Shown here one piece after another: positions 29,643 to 29,873 of a stretch of DNA of 29,873 nt; positions within the stretch are counted from its first letter, which is position 1; every line of letters starts with the position of its first letter. The position numbers were made by a program, and so were the translations under genes. Source of the stretch: an archaeon (GTDB lineage: Archaea > Nanobdellota > Nanobdellia > Woesearchaeales > UBA9642); NCBI GenBank assembly GCA_043806035.1, contig JAZDHK010000008.1, positions 1 to 29,873 of the forward strand. The letters are read 5' to 3'. Under the pieces are notes generated by a model. The model saw only the letters and a list, made by a program, of their open reading frames with translations, had not been told where the DNA came from and made no database searches.

Positions 29643-29873
29643 ATGGTAGTGTCAGAAAGCCCGTCGGGGCAATGGACGAGCAGGATCGTGCAGTCCATCG
29701 TGAGCCCGTATCTCTCGTACGAGGAAGCACAACAGAAAGGCTACACGACCATGCCGTTCGAGGATTTCTGCGTAGCACGAACCATGGAAGGTCTTGACAA
29801 AGGAACGAGAGACCTCGTCTCCTGCCTAGGCACGAACCACGTCTACGACAGCATGGCTGCATGGACTAGATTA
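29643..29873 (+). CDS. hypothetical protein, N-terminal 77 codons (open to the window end)
   Basis: The frame stays open from the ATG at 29643 to the last base. Translation MVVSESPSGQWTSRIVQSIVSPYLSYEEAQQKGYTTMPFEDF... is protein-like, whereas the antisense ORF 29641..29862 is Arg/Cys-rich junk. The promoter spacing supports this start. Confidence 0.4.
   Translation, partial: MVVSESPSGQWTSRIVQSIVSPYLSYEEAQQKGYTTMPFEDFCVARTMEGLDKGTRDLVSCLGTNHVYDSMAAWTRL

Noticed and set aside
29633-29806. Alternative 58-codon ORF from the ATG at 29633 (MNSHGSVRKPVGAMDEQ...)
   Set aside because: It starts too close (about 15 nt) to the TATA centre to lie on the transcript, and it is Arg/His-rich. The frame from 29643 fits the promoter spacing and stays open to the window end.
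29641-29862. 73-aa minus-strand ORF at the window end
   Set aside because: The translation is Arg/Cys/Ser-rich. The opposite-strand frame is open to the window end, is protein-like, and starts exactly at leaderless distance from a consensus TATA.
1-29873. Search for CRISPR arrays, rRNA, long tandem or interspersed repeats, and known defence genes (Cas, RT, Argonaute, restriction-modification)
   Set aside because: I saw by eye no regularly spaced direct repeats of 24-40 nt, no rRNA-like segments and no corresponding protein motifs in any frame. A computational repeat scan would be needed to be certain.

Overview
The window reads as a chromosomal fragment from an archaeon, possibly a small-genome or uncultivated lineage (lineage is inference). 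Three archaeal signatures are visible directly in the sequence. First, palindromic TTTATAAA-type TATA boxes sit about 24-30 nt upstream of many start codons, implying leaderless mRNAs. Second, GGTGA/GAGGTGA Shine-Dalgarno sites precede operon-internal genes. Third, both tRNA genes (Gly-UCC and an initiator-type Met with A1:U72 and a GGG/CCC anticodon stem) carry a non-canonical intron at position 53/54 that folds into a textbook bulge-helix-bulge motif. SMC, RNase HII, a Dus enzyme and a TrmB regulator fit this picture. The dominant theme is a roughly 13 kb alpha-glucan (glycogen) island at about 2.8-15.5 kb. Its plus-strand operon encodes a GT4/GT5-type synthase, a GH57 enzyme, a small unknown protein, a eukaryote-type GT3 glycogen synthase and a GalT-like HIT enzyme, followed by NIF3 and an unknown protein. 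A minus-strand operon encodes a sugar-1-P nucleotidyltransferase and a GDE-type debranching enzyme, and a GT35 alpha-glucan phosphorylase stands alone. The island is split by tRNA-Gly plus a two-gene toxin-antitoxin-like pair, and no recognisable branching enzyme is present. Other content: an IS200-like minimal element (Y1 transposase with terminal hairpins); a wHTH-led five-gene operon ending in a lipoprotein and a HAD fragment; a tightly coupled PIG-L/GT4/Dus/RNase HII operon; an isochorismatase-family protein with a large insertion; SufE followed by a 59-codon ORF below the ORF-track cutoff; a radical SAM protein; and an AbrB-PhoU regulator divergent from a SpoT/Mesh1-like HD hydrolase. I saw no CRISPR array, no rRNA and no recognisable defence system. 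The candidates for new biology are the uncharacterised members of the glycogen island, the 53/54 tRNA introns and several orphan operons. All family calls rest on motif recognition by eye and need HMM or structure confirmation.
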